The notes: generated from the letters alone by a model not told the origin. Shown: positions 18,894 through 28,682, numbered from the stretch's first letter. The stretch is 64,000 nt of DNA from Gemmatimonadota bacterium (GCA_965116475.1 OZ220691.1:1024001-1088000), one strand, 5' to 3'. Numbers and translations: made by a program.

Positions 18894-20243
18894 ATGACGC
18901 TGAACAACAACTTCTCCCGGCGCGACTTCGTTCGGGCCTCGGGCGCGGCCGGCCTCGGCCTGAGCATCGTACCCGCGCATGTGCTGGGCGGGCCCCGGCA
19001 TCGCGCGCCCAGCGATACGCTGAACGTGGCGCACATCGGCGTCGGCGGCATGGGGGGCGGCGACGTGCGCGGCATGGCGGGCGTCGGCGAGAACATCTAC
19101 GCCCTCTGCGATGTGGACGAGCGCCAGGCGTCGGGCTCGTGGAGCGCCTTCCCGCGGGCCAAACGCTACCGCGACTTCCGCACGATGCTCTCGGAAGAGG
19201 CCGACAACATCGACGCGGTCGTGATCTCCACCCCGGACCACACGCACACCGCGGCCGGCATGATGTCGCTCTCGCTGGGCAAGCCCACCCGCATTCAGAA
19301 GCCGCTCGCGACCACGATCTGGGAGGTGCGCCAACTCGTCGCCGCGGCGGAGAGGGCGGGCGTCGCCACGCAGATGGGGAACCAGGGCCACGCCCAGGAC
19401 GGGACGCGGGAGATCCGCGAGTGGTACGAGTCCGGGGCCATCGGCGAGATCCGGCGCGTGGAGTACTGGACGAACCGTCCCATCTGGCCGCAGGCGATCC
19501 TGCGACCGACGGAGGCGCACCACGCCCCGCCGTGGCTGGAGTGGGACCTGTGGCTCGGGCCTGCGGCCGACCGCCCCTACCACCCGGCCTACGCGCCGTT
19601 CAACTGGCGCGGCTGGTGGGACTTCGGGACCGGCGCGCTGGGCGACATCGGGTGCCACGCGATGGACGCCGCCTTCTGGACCTTCGACCTCGGCACGCCG
19701 GAACGGATTTCGGCGGAATCGACGACGCTCTTCCCGGAGACGGCGCCCGCGGCGTCGCGCATCGAGTACGACTTCCCCGCCCGGGGAGACCGGCCGGCCG
19801 TGAAGGTGGTGTGGCGCGACGGCAACCTCTCGCCGCCGCGGCCCGAGGAAGTGCGCGACGACGCGCGCTGGCCCTTCGAGTCGAGCGGGCAGCTGTGGAT
19901 CGGGACCGACGGCAAGATGTTCGCGGGGATCTACGGCGAGAACCCGCGGCTGCTCGACGCCGGGCGGGACGCAGAGATCCGGGCCGACCCGCCGCCGGAG
20001 AAGTACCCGCGCACGGACGGCGTGTACGCGGAGTTCGCCGCCGCCTGCAAGGACGGGCCGCCCGCGGGTTCCAACTTCGTCGAACACGCGGGACCGCTGA
20101 CGGAGATGGTGCTCCTCGGGAACCTCTCGGTGCGAAGCGGCCGGGAGGTGCGGCTCGATCCGGCGACCGGAGAGATCCGGAACGGCGTCTCGATCCCCGA
20201 ACGCTACGTGAGGGCCGACTACCGTCCGGGCTGGGAGTGGTAG
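18894..20243 (+). CDS. Gfo/Idh/MocA oxidoreductase, Tat-exported
   Basis: SRRDFV Tat, IGVGGMG, ISTPDHTH, QKPLA, GALGDIGCH. Confidence 0.9.
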   Translation: MTLNNNFSRRDFVRASGAAGLGLSIVPAHVLGGPRHRAPSDTLNVAHIGVGGMGGGDVRGMAGVGENIYALCDVDERQASGSWSAFPRAKRYRDFRTMLSEEADNIDAVVISTPDHTHTAAGMMSLSLGKPTRIQKPLATTIWEVRQLVAAAERAGVATQMGNQGHAQDGTREIREWYESGAIGEIRRVEYWTNRPIWPQAILRPTEAHHAPPWLEWDLWLGPAADRPYHPAYAPFNWRGWWDFGTGALGDIGCHAMDAAFWTFDLGTPERISAESTTLFPETAPAASRIEYDFPARGDRPAVKVVWRDGNLSPPRPEEVRDDARWPFESSGQLWIGTDGKMFAGIYGENPRLLDAGRDAEIRADPPPEKYPRTDGVYAEFAAACKDGPPAGSNFVEHAGPLTEMVLLGNLSVRSGREVRLDPATGEIRNGVSIPERYVRADYRPGWEW

Positions 20244-20301
20244 CAGCCCGCTGCTCGACCGCGGCGACCTCTGACGCACGCCGGCGGCGGCGGGTGATGC
20301 C

Positions 20302-22065
20302 GTGCAACTGAACGGCCTCGACTGGATCGTCCTGGCCGCGTACGGGACCGTGGCCCTGGGCGTCGGGCTCTGGTTCGCCCGGCGCGCAGGCTCCGGCACG
20401 AACGAGTTCTTCCTCGCGGGCCGGAAGCTCCCCTGGTGGCTGCTGGGGACCTCGATGGTCGCCACGACCTTCTCCACCGACACCCCGAACCTCGTCACCG
20501 ACCTCGTCCGCAACGGCGGCGTGAGCCGGAACTGGGGCTGGTGGGCCTTCCTCGTCACGGCGATGTGCACGACGTTCTTCTACGCGAAGCTGTGGCGGCG
20601 ATCCGGCGTTTTTACGGACATCGGCTTCTACGAACTCCGCTATTCCGGGCGCGCGGCCACCTTCCTGCGCGGCTTCCGGGCCCTCTATCTGGGCGTCTTC
20701 TTCAACGTCGTCATCATGGCGACCGTCACCCTCGCCGCGATCAAGATCTCGGGCGTCCTGCTCGGGGCGGACAAGTTCACCACGGTGCTCGTAGCCGGCA
20801 CGGTGGCGGCGCTGTACTCCGCGACGTCCGGGCTGTGGGGCGTGGTCGTCACCGATCTCCTCCTGTTCGCGATCGCCATGATCGGGGCCGTCGCGGCGGC
20901 CTCCTACGCGCTCGCGCAGCCGGAGGTCGGGGGCCTGGCGGGGCTCGTCACGCACCCGGAGATCTCGCGGAATCTCTCGCTGCTGCCCGACTTCTCGGAC
21001 TGGCGGACGGCGGCGATGGTGTTCGTCATCCCGATCGCGGTGCAGTGGTGGGCGAGCTGGTATCCCGGAGCGGAGCCGGGCGGAGGCGGGTACGCGGCGC
21101 AGCGGATGCTCGCGGCGCGGAACGAGCGCGACTCCATGCGCGCCACCCTGTGGTTCAACATCGCGCACTACTCGCTGCGGCCGTGGCCCTGGATTCTCGT
21201 CGCCCTCGCCTCGATCGCCGTCTATCCCACGCTCGACTCCATCGGAGCGGCCTTCCCCGACCTCGATCCGAGCCTTCTGGGACACGACCTCGCCTACCCG
21301 GCGATGCTCGTCTTCCTGCCGCACGGACTCCTCGGGCTCGTCGTCGCCTCGCTCGCGGCCGCCTACATGTCGACCATCTCCACGCACCTGAACTGGGGGT
21401 CGTCCTACGTCGTCGACGACTTCTATCGCCGCTTCGTGGCCCGGGACCGGGACGAGGCCCACTACGTGCGCGTGGCGCGGGTTTCCACCGGGGTGCTGAT
21501 CGCCCTCTCCGCCGCGCTCGCGCTCTTCCTGGACAGCGCGAAACAGGCGTTCGAACTCATCCTGCTGCTGCACGCGGGAAGCGGTCTGATCTTCCTCCTG
21601 CGCTGGTTCTGGTGGCGGGTGAACGCGTGGTCGGAGATCTCGGGCATGGCGGCGTCCGCGACGGTGGCGCTGTGGTTCCCGCTCTTCCACGAGCGGGCGG
21701 GGTTCCCGGCGCTCGACCCGGCGGTCAGCCTGCTGCTGGGCGTCGGGCTGACGACGGCGGTGTGGCTCCTCGTGACGTTCCTCACCCGACCTACGGACAC
21801 GGAGACGCTGCAGGGCTTCTACGACCGCATCCGCCCCTTCGCCCGCGGCTGGCGGAGGGCCGTGAACACGCAGCCGGACGCGCCCGGGAGCCTGGCCGCG
21901 GGTCTCGCCGCGTGGGGCCTCGGCTGCGTGACCGTGTACGCCGTGCTCTTCGGCACGGGGATGGCCCTGTACGGGAGGCCGGCCGCCGCGGCCGGGTTCG
22001 GGGTCGTGGCCGTCGCTGCCGCCGTGGGGCTGTTCCGGGCGCTCCCCCGGGTGGGCTTCGACTGA
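20302..22065 (+). CDS. Sodium:solute symporter family protein
   Basis: FFLAGRKLPWW, SMVATTFSTD, AQRMLAA, AAYMST; many TM helices. Confidence 0.9.
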   Translation: MQLNGLDWIVLAAYGTVALGVGLWFARRAGSGTNEFFLAGRKLPWWLLGTSMVATTFSTDTPNLVTDLVRNGGVSRNWGWWAFLVTAMCTTFFYAKLWRRSGVFTDIGFYELRYSGRAATFLRGFRALYLGVFFNVVIMATVTLAAIKISGVLLGADKFTTVLVAGTVAALYSATSGLWGVVVTDLLLFAIAMIGAVAAASYALAQPEVGGLAGLVTHPEISRNLSLLPDFSDWRTAAMVFVIPIAVQWWASWYPGAEPGGGGYAAQRMLAARNERDSMRATLWFNIAHYSLRPWPWILVALASIAVYPTLDSIGAAFPDLDPSLLGHDLAYPAMLVFLPHGLLGLVVASLAAAYMSTISTHLNWGSSYVVDDFYRRFVARDRDEAHYVRVARVSTGVLIALSAALALFLDSAKQAFELILLLHAGSGLIFLLRWFWWRVNAWSEISGMAASATVALWFPLFHERAGFPALDPAVSLLLGVGLTTAVWLLVTFLTRPTDTETLQGFYDRIRPFARGWRRAVNTQPDAPGSLAAGLAAWGLGCVTVYAVLFGTGMALYGRPAAAAGFGVVAVAAAVGLFRALPRVGFD

Positions 22066-22075
22066 CCGGATCCGG

Positions 22076-22105
22076 CGGTCCCCCGCGCGTGGGGGTCGCG
22101 GACCG
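22076..22105. terminator. Possible hairpin between convergent genes
   Basis: cggtc-cccc...gggg..gaccg imperfect inverted repeat; no U-tract. Confidence 0.3.
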
Positions 22106-22888
22106 TCAGGGGTCGATCTCGAGGTGGTCCAGGATGAGCACGTGGCCCGGCGGACCCCAGCCGTCGAGCGAGACGCGATCGACGCCGAGCGGAGCCTCGA
22201 TGCGGACGCGTTCGACCCGGAAGGGCGAGCGCCCGCCCGGGCTGTAGGTCGCCGTGCCTGACGCCGGAGCTTCCTCGGAGGCGTAACGCATGTCCGGAGC
22301 ATGGGTCCGGGCCGAGGCGGGCAGGCGTTCGCCGCCGCTCCAGGCGATCACCTCGAAGTCCTCGATCAGGTCCGGACCGAAGAGCGTGAACGTCACGCTC
22401 CGCGGGCGTCCGGGGAAATCGAGGTGGATGACGCCGACTTCCAGACCCTGCTCGCCGGCGAGCGGGAAGCTCAGCGCGTGCCTCGACGCGTTCGGGGGCA
22501 GGTAGCCGCGGGCGTCGAGCACGTGCGGCCGGGTAGCGTCCGCCGTGTAGGACTCGAACGACACCACGAGGCCCTGCTCCCGCCATTCATCCGCCACCGC
22601 GGAGTTGGAGACGACGGGCCGGCCATCGGCGTAGGTCTCGAACTCGATCCGCTCGTACCGTCCACGCGCGAGAGGCGGAGTGTCCGCCTCTTCGCGGTTT
22701 CCCGGTGTGTCCGCAGTGACCGGCGGTATCCTGGGCGGTGGAGCCTCGCGGACCGCGGGTGTTTCCACCGCGGGCGGCGGCAAGGGCTCAAGGTCCCACC
22801 GGAAACGGAACCCGGCGGAGCGCAACCCGGACCAGGCGGCCGCGCCGACGAGTCCGAGCGCGGCGAGGACGGCCAGGCCCCGTAGCAC
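22106..22888 (-). CDS. Hypothetical membrane-anchored protein (start uncertain)
   Basis: N-terminal hydrophobic helix, Pro-rich linker, beta-rich domain; fills the gap between convergent genes. Confidence 0.6.
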   Translation of the reverse strand: MLRGLAVLAALGLVGAAAWSGLRSAGFRFRWDLEPLPPPAVETPAVREAPPPRIPPVTADTPGNREEADTPPLARGRYERIEFETYADGRPVVSNSAVADEWREQGLVVSFESYTADATRPHVLDARGYLPPNASRHALSFPLAGEQGLEVGVIHLDFPGRPRSVTFTLFGPDLIEDFEVIAWSGGERLPASARTHAPDMRYASEEAPASGTATYSPGGRSPFRVERVRIEAPLGVDRVSLDGWGPPGHVLILDHLEIDP

Positions 22889-22926
22889 CCGCAGCGCGAA
22901 GGGCGGACGGCGCGTCCGCGCCTTCG

Positions 22927-24336
22927 TCAGGCCCGTACGACGCCGAGCGGCGGCCACGTCTCCCACCGGCCACGGGTGAAATCCGGGAAGTCGATCGGCC
23001 GGCTGCGCTCCGCCACGGACGCCTCGCTCACCGCGCACACGGCGGACAGCGCCGCCGCGTCGTACACATTCATGTCCGTGGGCAGTCCCTCGCGCAGGCA
23101 CTTGATGAGCCGGTAGTCCTCGAGGTAGTCCATGCTGCCATGTCCGCGGCCCGCCCCGGCTCCGGCCATCTCGCGCCACAGCGGGTGCTCGAACTCCTCG
23201 AGGTAGTCCTCCGCCTCATCCCACCGGTGCCCCTCGCTGCGGCCCTCGACGTACACGCGCTCGGGATAGCCCTGGAAGAGGCCCCGCGTCCCCTGGACGA
23301 GGTGGATCCGCGAGTACGGGCGGGGGAGGTTGGTGTCGTGCGAGACGTAGATCGTGCGGCCGAGGGCGGTCTTGATGAGCGTGACGTTCACGTCGCCGAG
23401 CGCGAAGGTTTCGCGGCGTTCCGGCGCACCCTCCGGGAAGTGCTCGCGAGCGAAGTCCTGCAGCCCGCGCGACGGGCCGCTCATCGAGACCGCGTAGTCG
23501 AAGCGGTCACCGCGGTTGATTTCCATGCAGTTGGCGATCGGGCCCAACCCGTGCGTGGGATAGAGGTTGCCGTTTCTCGTCTTCGAGTGCTCGCGCCGCC
23601 ACAGCCCCTCGCCGGTGTCGGCGAACTTTATGGCGCGCAGGTCGTGCAGGTATCCGCCCTCGCCGTGCAGGATCTCGCCGAACAGCCCGAGACGCGCCAT
23701 GTGGAAGACGAGCATCTCCCAGCGGCCGTAGTTCACATTTTCCATCATCACGCAGTGCCGCCGCGTCGCCTCGGCCGTCTCCACGAGGCGCCAGCAGTCC
23801 TCCATCGTGTAGGCCGCCGGCACCTCCGTCGCCGCGTGCTTGCCGTGCTCCATGGCGGCCACGCAGACGGGCACGTGCCAGCGCCACGGCGTGGCCGTGT
23901 AGACGAGGTCGATATCCTCCGTCTCGCACATGCGGACGAAGTCCGTCTCGCCGCGCGTGTAGAGCGTCGGCTCCCGTCCCCCGGCTTCGAGCACCCAGTC
24001 GCGGGCACGCTCGGCGTGCTCGGGCCGGATGTCGCACAGCGCCGCGAGTTCCACGCCCTCCATGTCGAGGAGATTGCGGACGTGGACCGAACCCATGCCG
24101 CCGATCCCCACGAAACCGATCCGTACCGTCTCCAGCGGCGGGGCCGAGAAGAGCGCCTCGGGCGCCGGGTCGCCCCTCCGTGCCTCGGGGGCCGATCCGC
24201 CGGCCTCCGGCCCGCGGCAGCCGCCCAGGACGGCGGCTCCCGCCCCCATCGCCCCCAGCTTGAGCAGCGTCCGCCGGTCGACGCCCGCGGGAGTCATCTC
24301 GCCGGCTTCGTTCGATTCGCGCTTCGTCGGTTCCAT
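22927..24336 (-). CDS. GH109-like NAD-dependent glycosidase (alpha-N-acetylgalactosaminidase-like, Gfo/Idh/MocA fold), Tat-exported
   Basis: DRRTLLK Tat, ATPWRWH, HAATEVP, MMENVNY, YLHDLR, GNLYPTHGLGP, GHGSMDY. Confidence 0.88.
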   Translation of the reverse strand: MEPTKRESNEAGEMTPAGVDRRTLLKLGAMGAGAAVLGGCRGPEAGGSAPEARRGDPAPEALFSAPPLETVRIGFVGIGGMGSVHVRNLLDMEGVELAALCDIRPEHAERARDWVLEAGGREPTLYTRGETDFVRMCETEDIDLVYTATPWRWHVPVCVAAMEHGKHAATEVPAAYTMEDCWRLVETAEATRRHCVMMENVNYGRWEMLVFHMARLGLFGEILHGEGGYLHDLRAIKFADTGEGLWRREHSKTRNGNLYPTHGLGPIANCMEINRGDRFDYAVSMSGPSRGLQDFAREHFPEGAPERRETFALGDVNVTLIKTALGRTIYVSHDTNLPRPYSRIHLVQGTRGLFQGYPERVYVEGRSEGHRWDEAEDYLEEFEHPLWREMAGAGAGRGHGSMDYLEDYRLIKCLREGLPTDMNVYDAAALSAVCAVSEASVAERSRPIDFPDFTRGRWETWPPLGVVRA

Positions 24337-24432
24337 CTGCACCATCCATCTCAGTGGTCCGGAGTTTGCCCCGGGCTGCCGGACGTGACATATGGAGTCC
24401 AACTTCGGAGCGACGGGGAGCGGATCGCAAAC

Positions 24433-25647
24433 ATGAGGCCGTACGGGACGAATCGAGCATCACGCGCGGCGATGGTGGCCGGCATCGCGGCCGTCCTGTG
24501 CCTGTCGTGCGAATCGGCGCCGACGGGCCGGGACCGGCTCCTCGATGCCGCCGCCGCCATCCGGCAGCTTTCGAGCCTCGCCTACGAGTATGCGTACGAG
24601 GGCACCGGGAGCGCCGCCGGATCCTATGCCGGGCGGGTGCGGCTGCTCAGCGCCGAGGGCGAGCCCCGGATCTACTGGGCCGAGCTTCGGCCGTCGCCGT
24701 CATGGATCCCCGCTCGACAGCCGGGCCAACCGCCGCCCGGCGATGCACCGGCGCTCATCCTGTCGGGGGGGGGCGACTACGTCGCGGCCCGCGACGAGGC
24801 GCTGGGCGGGTTCCGCCACGGGACGATCTCGGGGGGCTCCGGCCATCTCGTGGCCAACGCCCCCTTCGCCGTCCTCCCGGCGTTCACGGATCCGCAACCG
24901 TTCCAGGCGGAGCTGGCGAACGACATGGAACTCGTGAGCCGGGAGACGATCGGCGGCGTCCTGTGCGATGTGCTGCGCGGCAGGACCGACGAGTTCGGCC
25001 CCGCGCAGGTGTGGTGGCACATCGGAGTCGAGGACGACCTGCCCCGCGCCTTCCGCTGGGAGGCGGACGACGGGAGCGGGACCCTGGCGTTCGAGATCGG
25101 GAGCATGCTCGTCGATCCGTCGATCACGGCCGACCAACTCGCGATCCGCGTGGACCTCGACGGTCCCGACGGCGGCGAGGTCATCGACGAGGACGCGCGG
25201 CGGATCGAACCCGGCGTTCCGGCGCCCGACTGGACGCTCGAAACCGAGTCGGGGTCGTCCCTCAACCTCTCGGACCTGCGCGGAGACGTCGTCGTGCTGA
25301 GTTTCGGGGCGAGCTGGTGCGCCCTCTGCCGGGACCTCGCGGCCGCGTATGCCGCCCTCCCGGAGGAGGGGGCGTCGGAGCGGGTCCGGTTCCTCAACCT
25401 CAACGCGTGGGAGAGCCCCGAGGTCGATCCCGGCCCGATCATGCGCGAATGGGGACTCGATGCGCCTCTCCTCCTGCGCGCGGAGCGCATCGCCTTCGAT
25501 TACAAGCTCGCCTCGGTTCCGGCACTCTTCGTGGTGGATGCCGCGGGAGATCTCGCACTGGTCCGGAACCCGACGCTCGCGGATCCCGTGGCTCAGGCCG
25601 GCGAACTCGAGCGGACGCTCCGGACGCTCCTCGACGCGGGCCCCTGA
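24433..25647 (+). CDS. Lipoprotein with C-terminal TlpA/redoxin domain
   Basis: Lipobox-like LSC; PAPDWTL, LSDLRG, FGASWCALC, YKLASVPALFVVD. Confidence 0.8.
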   Translation: MRPYGTNRASRAAMVAGIAAVLCLSCESAPTGRDRLLDAAAAIRQLSSLAYEYAYEGTGSAAGSYAGRVRLLSAEGEPRIYWAELRPSPSWIPARQPGQPPPGDAPALILSGGGDYVAARDEALGGFRHGTISGGSGHLVANAPFAVLPAFTDPQPFQAELANDMELVSRETIGGVLCDVLRGRTDEFGPAQVWWHIGVEDDLPRAFRWEADDGSGTLAFEIGSMLVDPSITADQLAIRVDLDGPDGGEVIDEDARRIEPGVPAPDWTLETESGSSLNLSDLRGDVVVLSFGASWCALCRDLAAAYAALPEEGASERVRFLNLNAWESPEVDPGPIMREWGLDAPLLLRAERIAFDYKLASVPALFVVDAAGDLALVRNPTLADPVAQAGELERTLRTLLDAGP

Positions 25648-25654
25648 CCGCCCC

Positions 25655-27097
25655 CTACTTGTCGATCGGCAGCCCGCTGGGCACCGTCGCCGGCGCCAGG
25701 TGCGACAGGTCGCGCGCCGCGTCGTCCGTCAACGACTCGAGGAAGGCGACGAGGTCGTCCGCCTCCGCGTCGTCGAAGGCGACCGGGATGAGAACCGTGT
25801 CCCGCGTGGCGAGGATCTCGTCGAAGTTGTTGAGCAGCGTGCCCCGCAGTTCCGGATCCACCTGAGACACGTCGTAGTCCCGGAGTCGGTTGTCGATGCT
25901 GTCGTAGTGGACGACGATCGCCTTCAGCGTGGCGAACTGGCCCGCGTGGCCGTACGGCCCCGTGAGTTCGACGTTCCGCATCGGCGGCGTCTTGAAGAGC
26001 CGGCGGTGCGCCGGGTCTCCCGTCACGCGCTCGCGGCCGAAGTCGTCGTTCCCGCCCGGCCCGTCGCCCAGTCCGGGTCCGATCTGCGGGATGGCCGCGT
26101 TGTGGTGCTCGTTGTTGCGATCGTCGAACTGGTCGGTTTCGTGGCACAGCATGCAGCGGATCGTCATGAAGCTCTTCGCGCCGCGTAGCGCCGCATCGCT
26201 GAGCTGGTCGTTGTCCCCCTTCAGGAACCGGTCCCACGGCGTGTCGATGAAGGTGAGTTCCGCCACGTAGAAGCCCGCGATCGCGTTCGCCGCGTGCGCG
26301 AACGACATCTCGTCGAAGGCCGTGCCGGGATACGCGGCCTCGAACATCGTCCGGTATGCCTCGATCTCCCCCAGCCGCGCCATGAGCGCCGCCCACACGC
26401 CGGTGAAGTCGTCATCCTCCAGCGCCGCCAGTTCGTTGTCGTCGTTGAAACCGCGCATCTCCTTGCGCCGCAGCACGGGGATCATGGGCTGCGCCGAGAG
26501 CGCCCCGAACTCGAACACCGCCTGCATCTCCGACGTCAGTTGATCTCCGGCCTCCGTCGAGATCGACCCGTCCTCCAGCTCCTCCACGAACCCGTCCCAG
26601 AAGAACTGCGTCGAGAGATGGAGGTTGAAGAGCGCGGGCGAGTTGCGCGGGATGAACTCGCCTTCCGGGTGCGTCCGGTTCGGGCCCAGCCCCCGTCCCC
26701 CGACGCCGATCGAGAGCGACCGGCCGTCCCCCATGGCGAAACTCGGGAGGTGGCAGGTCATGCAGGAGATATCCCGGTTCCCGCCCAGAATCCGGTCGAA
26801 AGCCAGCGCACGGCCCAACTCGACGAGTTCCGGCCGCACGGCGGGCGGCGGCTCGAGCGGGTCGAGGTTCCGGTGGTCCGCGAGCAGGCGCACCGTGTCG
26901 ATGAGCATCGCCCGCACGACCTCGGGAGGGGGCGGCGGCGGCGGGGGCGGGGGTTCCGGCGGAGGCGCGGGGGGCGGCGGGGGCGGTACCGGCGGCGTGA
27001 CGGACCCGTCCCCACAGGCGGCGAGGCCCAGGAAGAGTCCGGCGGCCACGAAGGCGAGCGCCTTCCGGGTGCGGTTCAACATGCGGGAGATATACAC
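25655..27097 (-). CDS. Diheme cytochrome c peroxidase family lipoprotein (MauG/BthA-like)
   Basis: LAAC lipobox, polyproline linker, SCMTCH and RCMLCH, RNSPAL, FWDG, FKTPPMRNVELTGPYGHAG. Confidence 0.9.
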   Translation of the reverse strand: MYISRMLNRTRKALAFVAAGLFLGLAACGDGSVTPPVPPPPPPAPPPEPPPPPPPPPPEVVRAMLIDTVRLLADHRNLDPLEPPPAVRPELVELGRALAFDRILGGNRDISCMTCHLPSFAMGDGRSLSIGVGGRGLGPNRTHPEGEFIPRNSPALFNLHLSTQFFWDGFVEELEDGSISTEAGDQLTSEMQAVFEFGALSAQPMIPVLRRKEMRGFNDDNELAALEDDDFTGVWAALMARLGEIEAYRTMFEAAYPGTAFDEMSFAHAANAIAGFYVAELTFIDTPWDRFLKGDNDQLSDAALRGAKSFMTIRCMLCHETDQFDDRNNEHHNAAIPQIGPGLGDGPGGNDDFGRERVTGDPAHRRLFKTPPMRNVELTGPYGHAGQFATLKAIVVHYDSIDNRLRDYDVSQVDPELRGTLLNNFDEILATRDTVLIPVAFDDAEADDLVAFLESLTDDAARDLSHLAPATVPSGLPIDK

Positions 27098-27120
27098 ACC
27101 GGGGTCGCGGAGCGCTCCCG

Positions 27121-27615
27121 TCAGGGGCTCTCGACGATAATTCGCACGTCCATCATGTACTCGTGGTAGCGGCAGAAGAACACGTACTCGCCCTCAACCC
27201 TTGGACGGTAATCCCACACCGTACCCGGCCGCAGATCGTCGCTGTCCACCGCCGCCGCGCCTTCGGGGACCTTGCTGAACTCCACGCGGTGGATGTTCGT
27301 GCCGTTCTGCGTCCACGTGATGGTCGCGTGCCGCTCCACCGTCACCTGGGCTTCCTGGTCGTGATTCCCGTCGGGATCGACGAACGTGTCGTCGAGGATG
27401 TCGAAGTTCGCGTCCGACCCGAAGGGCACCTCGACTCGCGGCGGCGGGGGAGGCGGAGGCGGCGGGGGAGGCGGTGGCCCCACGGGCGGGGGCGGCGGCG
27501 GTGCCGGCGGAGGCGGCTCGATGGGCGTATCGACCGGGCCCGCGCCCGCACCTCCGCCCCCGCAGTTGAGGGCGATGCCCATCGCGAACAGCAGGGCTGG
27601 CCAACGACCCTTCAT
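27121..27615 (-). CDS. Cupredoxin (plastocyanin/azurin-like) lipoprotein
   Basis: ALNC lipobox, polyproline, IHRV and FFCRYHEYMM type-1 Cu ligands; AGGAGG RBS. Confidence 0.8.
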   Translation of the reverse strand: MKGRWPALLFAMGIALNCGGGGAGAGPVDTPIEPPPPAPPPPPPVGPPPPPPPPPPPPPRVEVPFGSDANFDILDDTFVDPDGNHDQEAQVTVERHATITWTQNGTNIHRVEFSKVPEGAAAVDSDDLRPGTVWDYRPRVEGEYVFFCRYHEYMMDVRIIVESP

Positions 27616-27768
27616 TCAAGACCCTCCTGGGGTACCGCGCCTACGATCCGACCTGAAAAAATGAAACGGCCCGCGTGCCTCAGGCAAGCTCTCGCGGTCT
27701 GAGGGCCCCGGCCGCTCTCCGGCGGCACGGCGTTGCTGCGGGACCCGATCCGTTCAAGATTCGCCGGC

Positions 27769-28590
27769 ATGCGAACCTCACCCGATATCCGCCCGGTGAC
27801 ACCCGTCATCGGCGCCGAGGTCGGCGGCGTGGATCTCGCCGCCCTTGATGATGACAGTTTCGAGACCATCCGCGCTGCGCTGATGGCGCACTGCGTCCTC
27901 TTCTTCCGGGACCAGGACATCTCCATCGAGAGCCAGAAAGCGCTGGGCGCCCGGTTCGGGGAACTCGTCGTCCATCCGAACGACCCCGGGCTCGACGGAC
28001 ACCCGGAAGTCATGAGGATTCACGCGGACGAGCACTCGGTGCGGGCGACGGGTGAGCGCTGGCACTCGGACGTATCGTGCGACCCTGCGCCGCCGATGGG
28101 CTCGATCCTCCGCATGCACACGGTGCCGGCCGCCGGCGGCGACACGCTGTTCGCCAACATGTACGCCGCATACGAGGCGCTGTCCGTTCGGATGAAGGCG
28201 CTGCTGGACGGCCTCACCGCGATCCACGACGGGGGGCCGTACTACCGGGAAGTGAACCGGCTCATCGGACGCGACGACGGAGGCCGGTCGTACCCGTCGT
28301 CCGAGCACCCCGTCGTCCGCACGCACCCCGTGACGGGGCGGAAGGCGCTGTTCGTGAACGAGATGTTCACGGTTCGCATCGTGGACCTCCCGCGGGGCGA
28401 GAGCGCCGGGCTGCTCGACTTCCTCTTCCGGCACGTGCAGCGGCCGGATTTCCACTGCCGCTTCCGCTGGCGCCCGCATTCCGTCGCCTTCTGGGACAAC
28501 CGCTGCACGCAGCATCACGCGATCTGGGACTACTTCCCCGCCGTGCGCTCCGGCTACCGCGTCACCATCCGCGGCGAACGCCCCGCCTAG
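27769..28590 (+). CDS. TauD/TfdA family 2OG-Fe(II) dioxygenase
   Basis: WHSDVS (HxD), GGDTLFAN, HPVVRTHP, WDNRCTQH. Confidence 0.92.
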   Translation: MRTSPDIRPVTPVIGAEVGGVDLAALDDDSFETIRAALMAHCVLFFRDQDISIESQKALGARFGELVVHPNDPGLDGHPEVMRIHADEHSVRATGERWHSDVSCDPAPPMGSILRMHTVPAAGGDTLFANMYAAYEALSVRMKALLDGLTAIHDGGPYYREVNRLIGRDDGGRSYPSSEHPVVRTHPVTGRKALFVNEMFTVRIVDLPRGESAGLLDFLFRHVQRPDFHCRFRWRPHSVAFWDNRCTQHHAIWDYFPAVRSGYRVTIRGERPA

Positions 28591-28610
28591 TCGACCGTCG
28601 CGGATAGCGG

Positions 28611-28669
28611 CCAGTTGTCGGTTACGCTACCGTCCAATTGCTGGTTGGAGCGCCGTCCAATTGCTGTTC
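28611..28669. promoter_or_regulatory. Three CCA(A/G)TTG boxes at a 23-bp period upstream of the amidohydrolase
   Basis: ccagttg at 28611, ccaattg at 28634 and 28657; exact 14-bp repeat ccgtccaattgctg at 28630 and 28653. Confidence 0.5.
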
Positions 28670-28682
28670 AGGAGTCCGGACC

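Noticed and set aside
22738-24432. 969-aa ORF as one large redoxin fusion
   Set aside because: The first 565 codons are antisense to the GH109-like gene; the real gene starts near 24433.
26925-27515. G/C-rich runs as DNA repeats or G-quadruplex elements
   Set aside because: Explained by polyproline linkers encoded on the minus strand.
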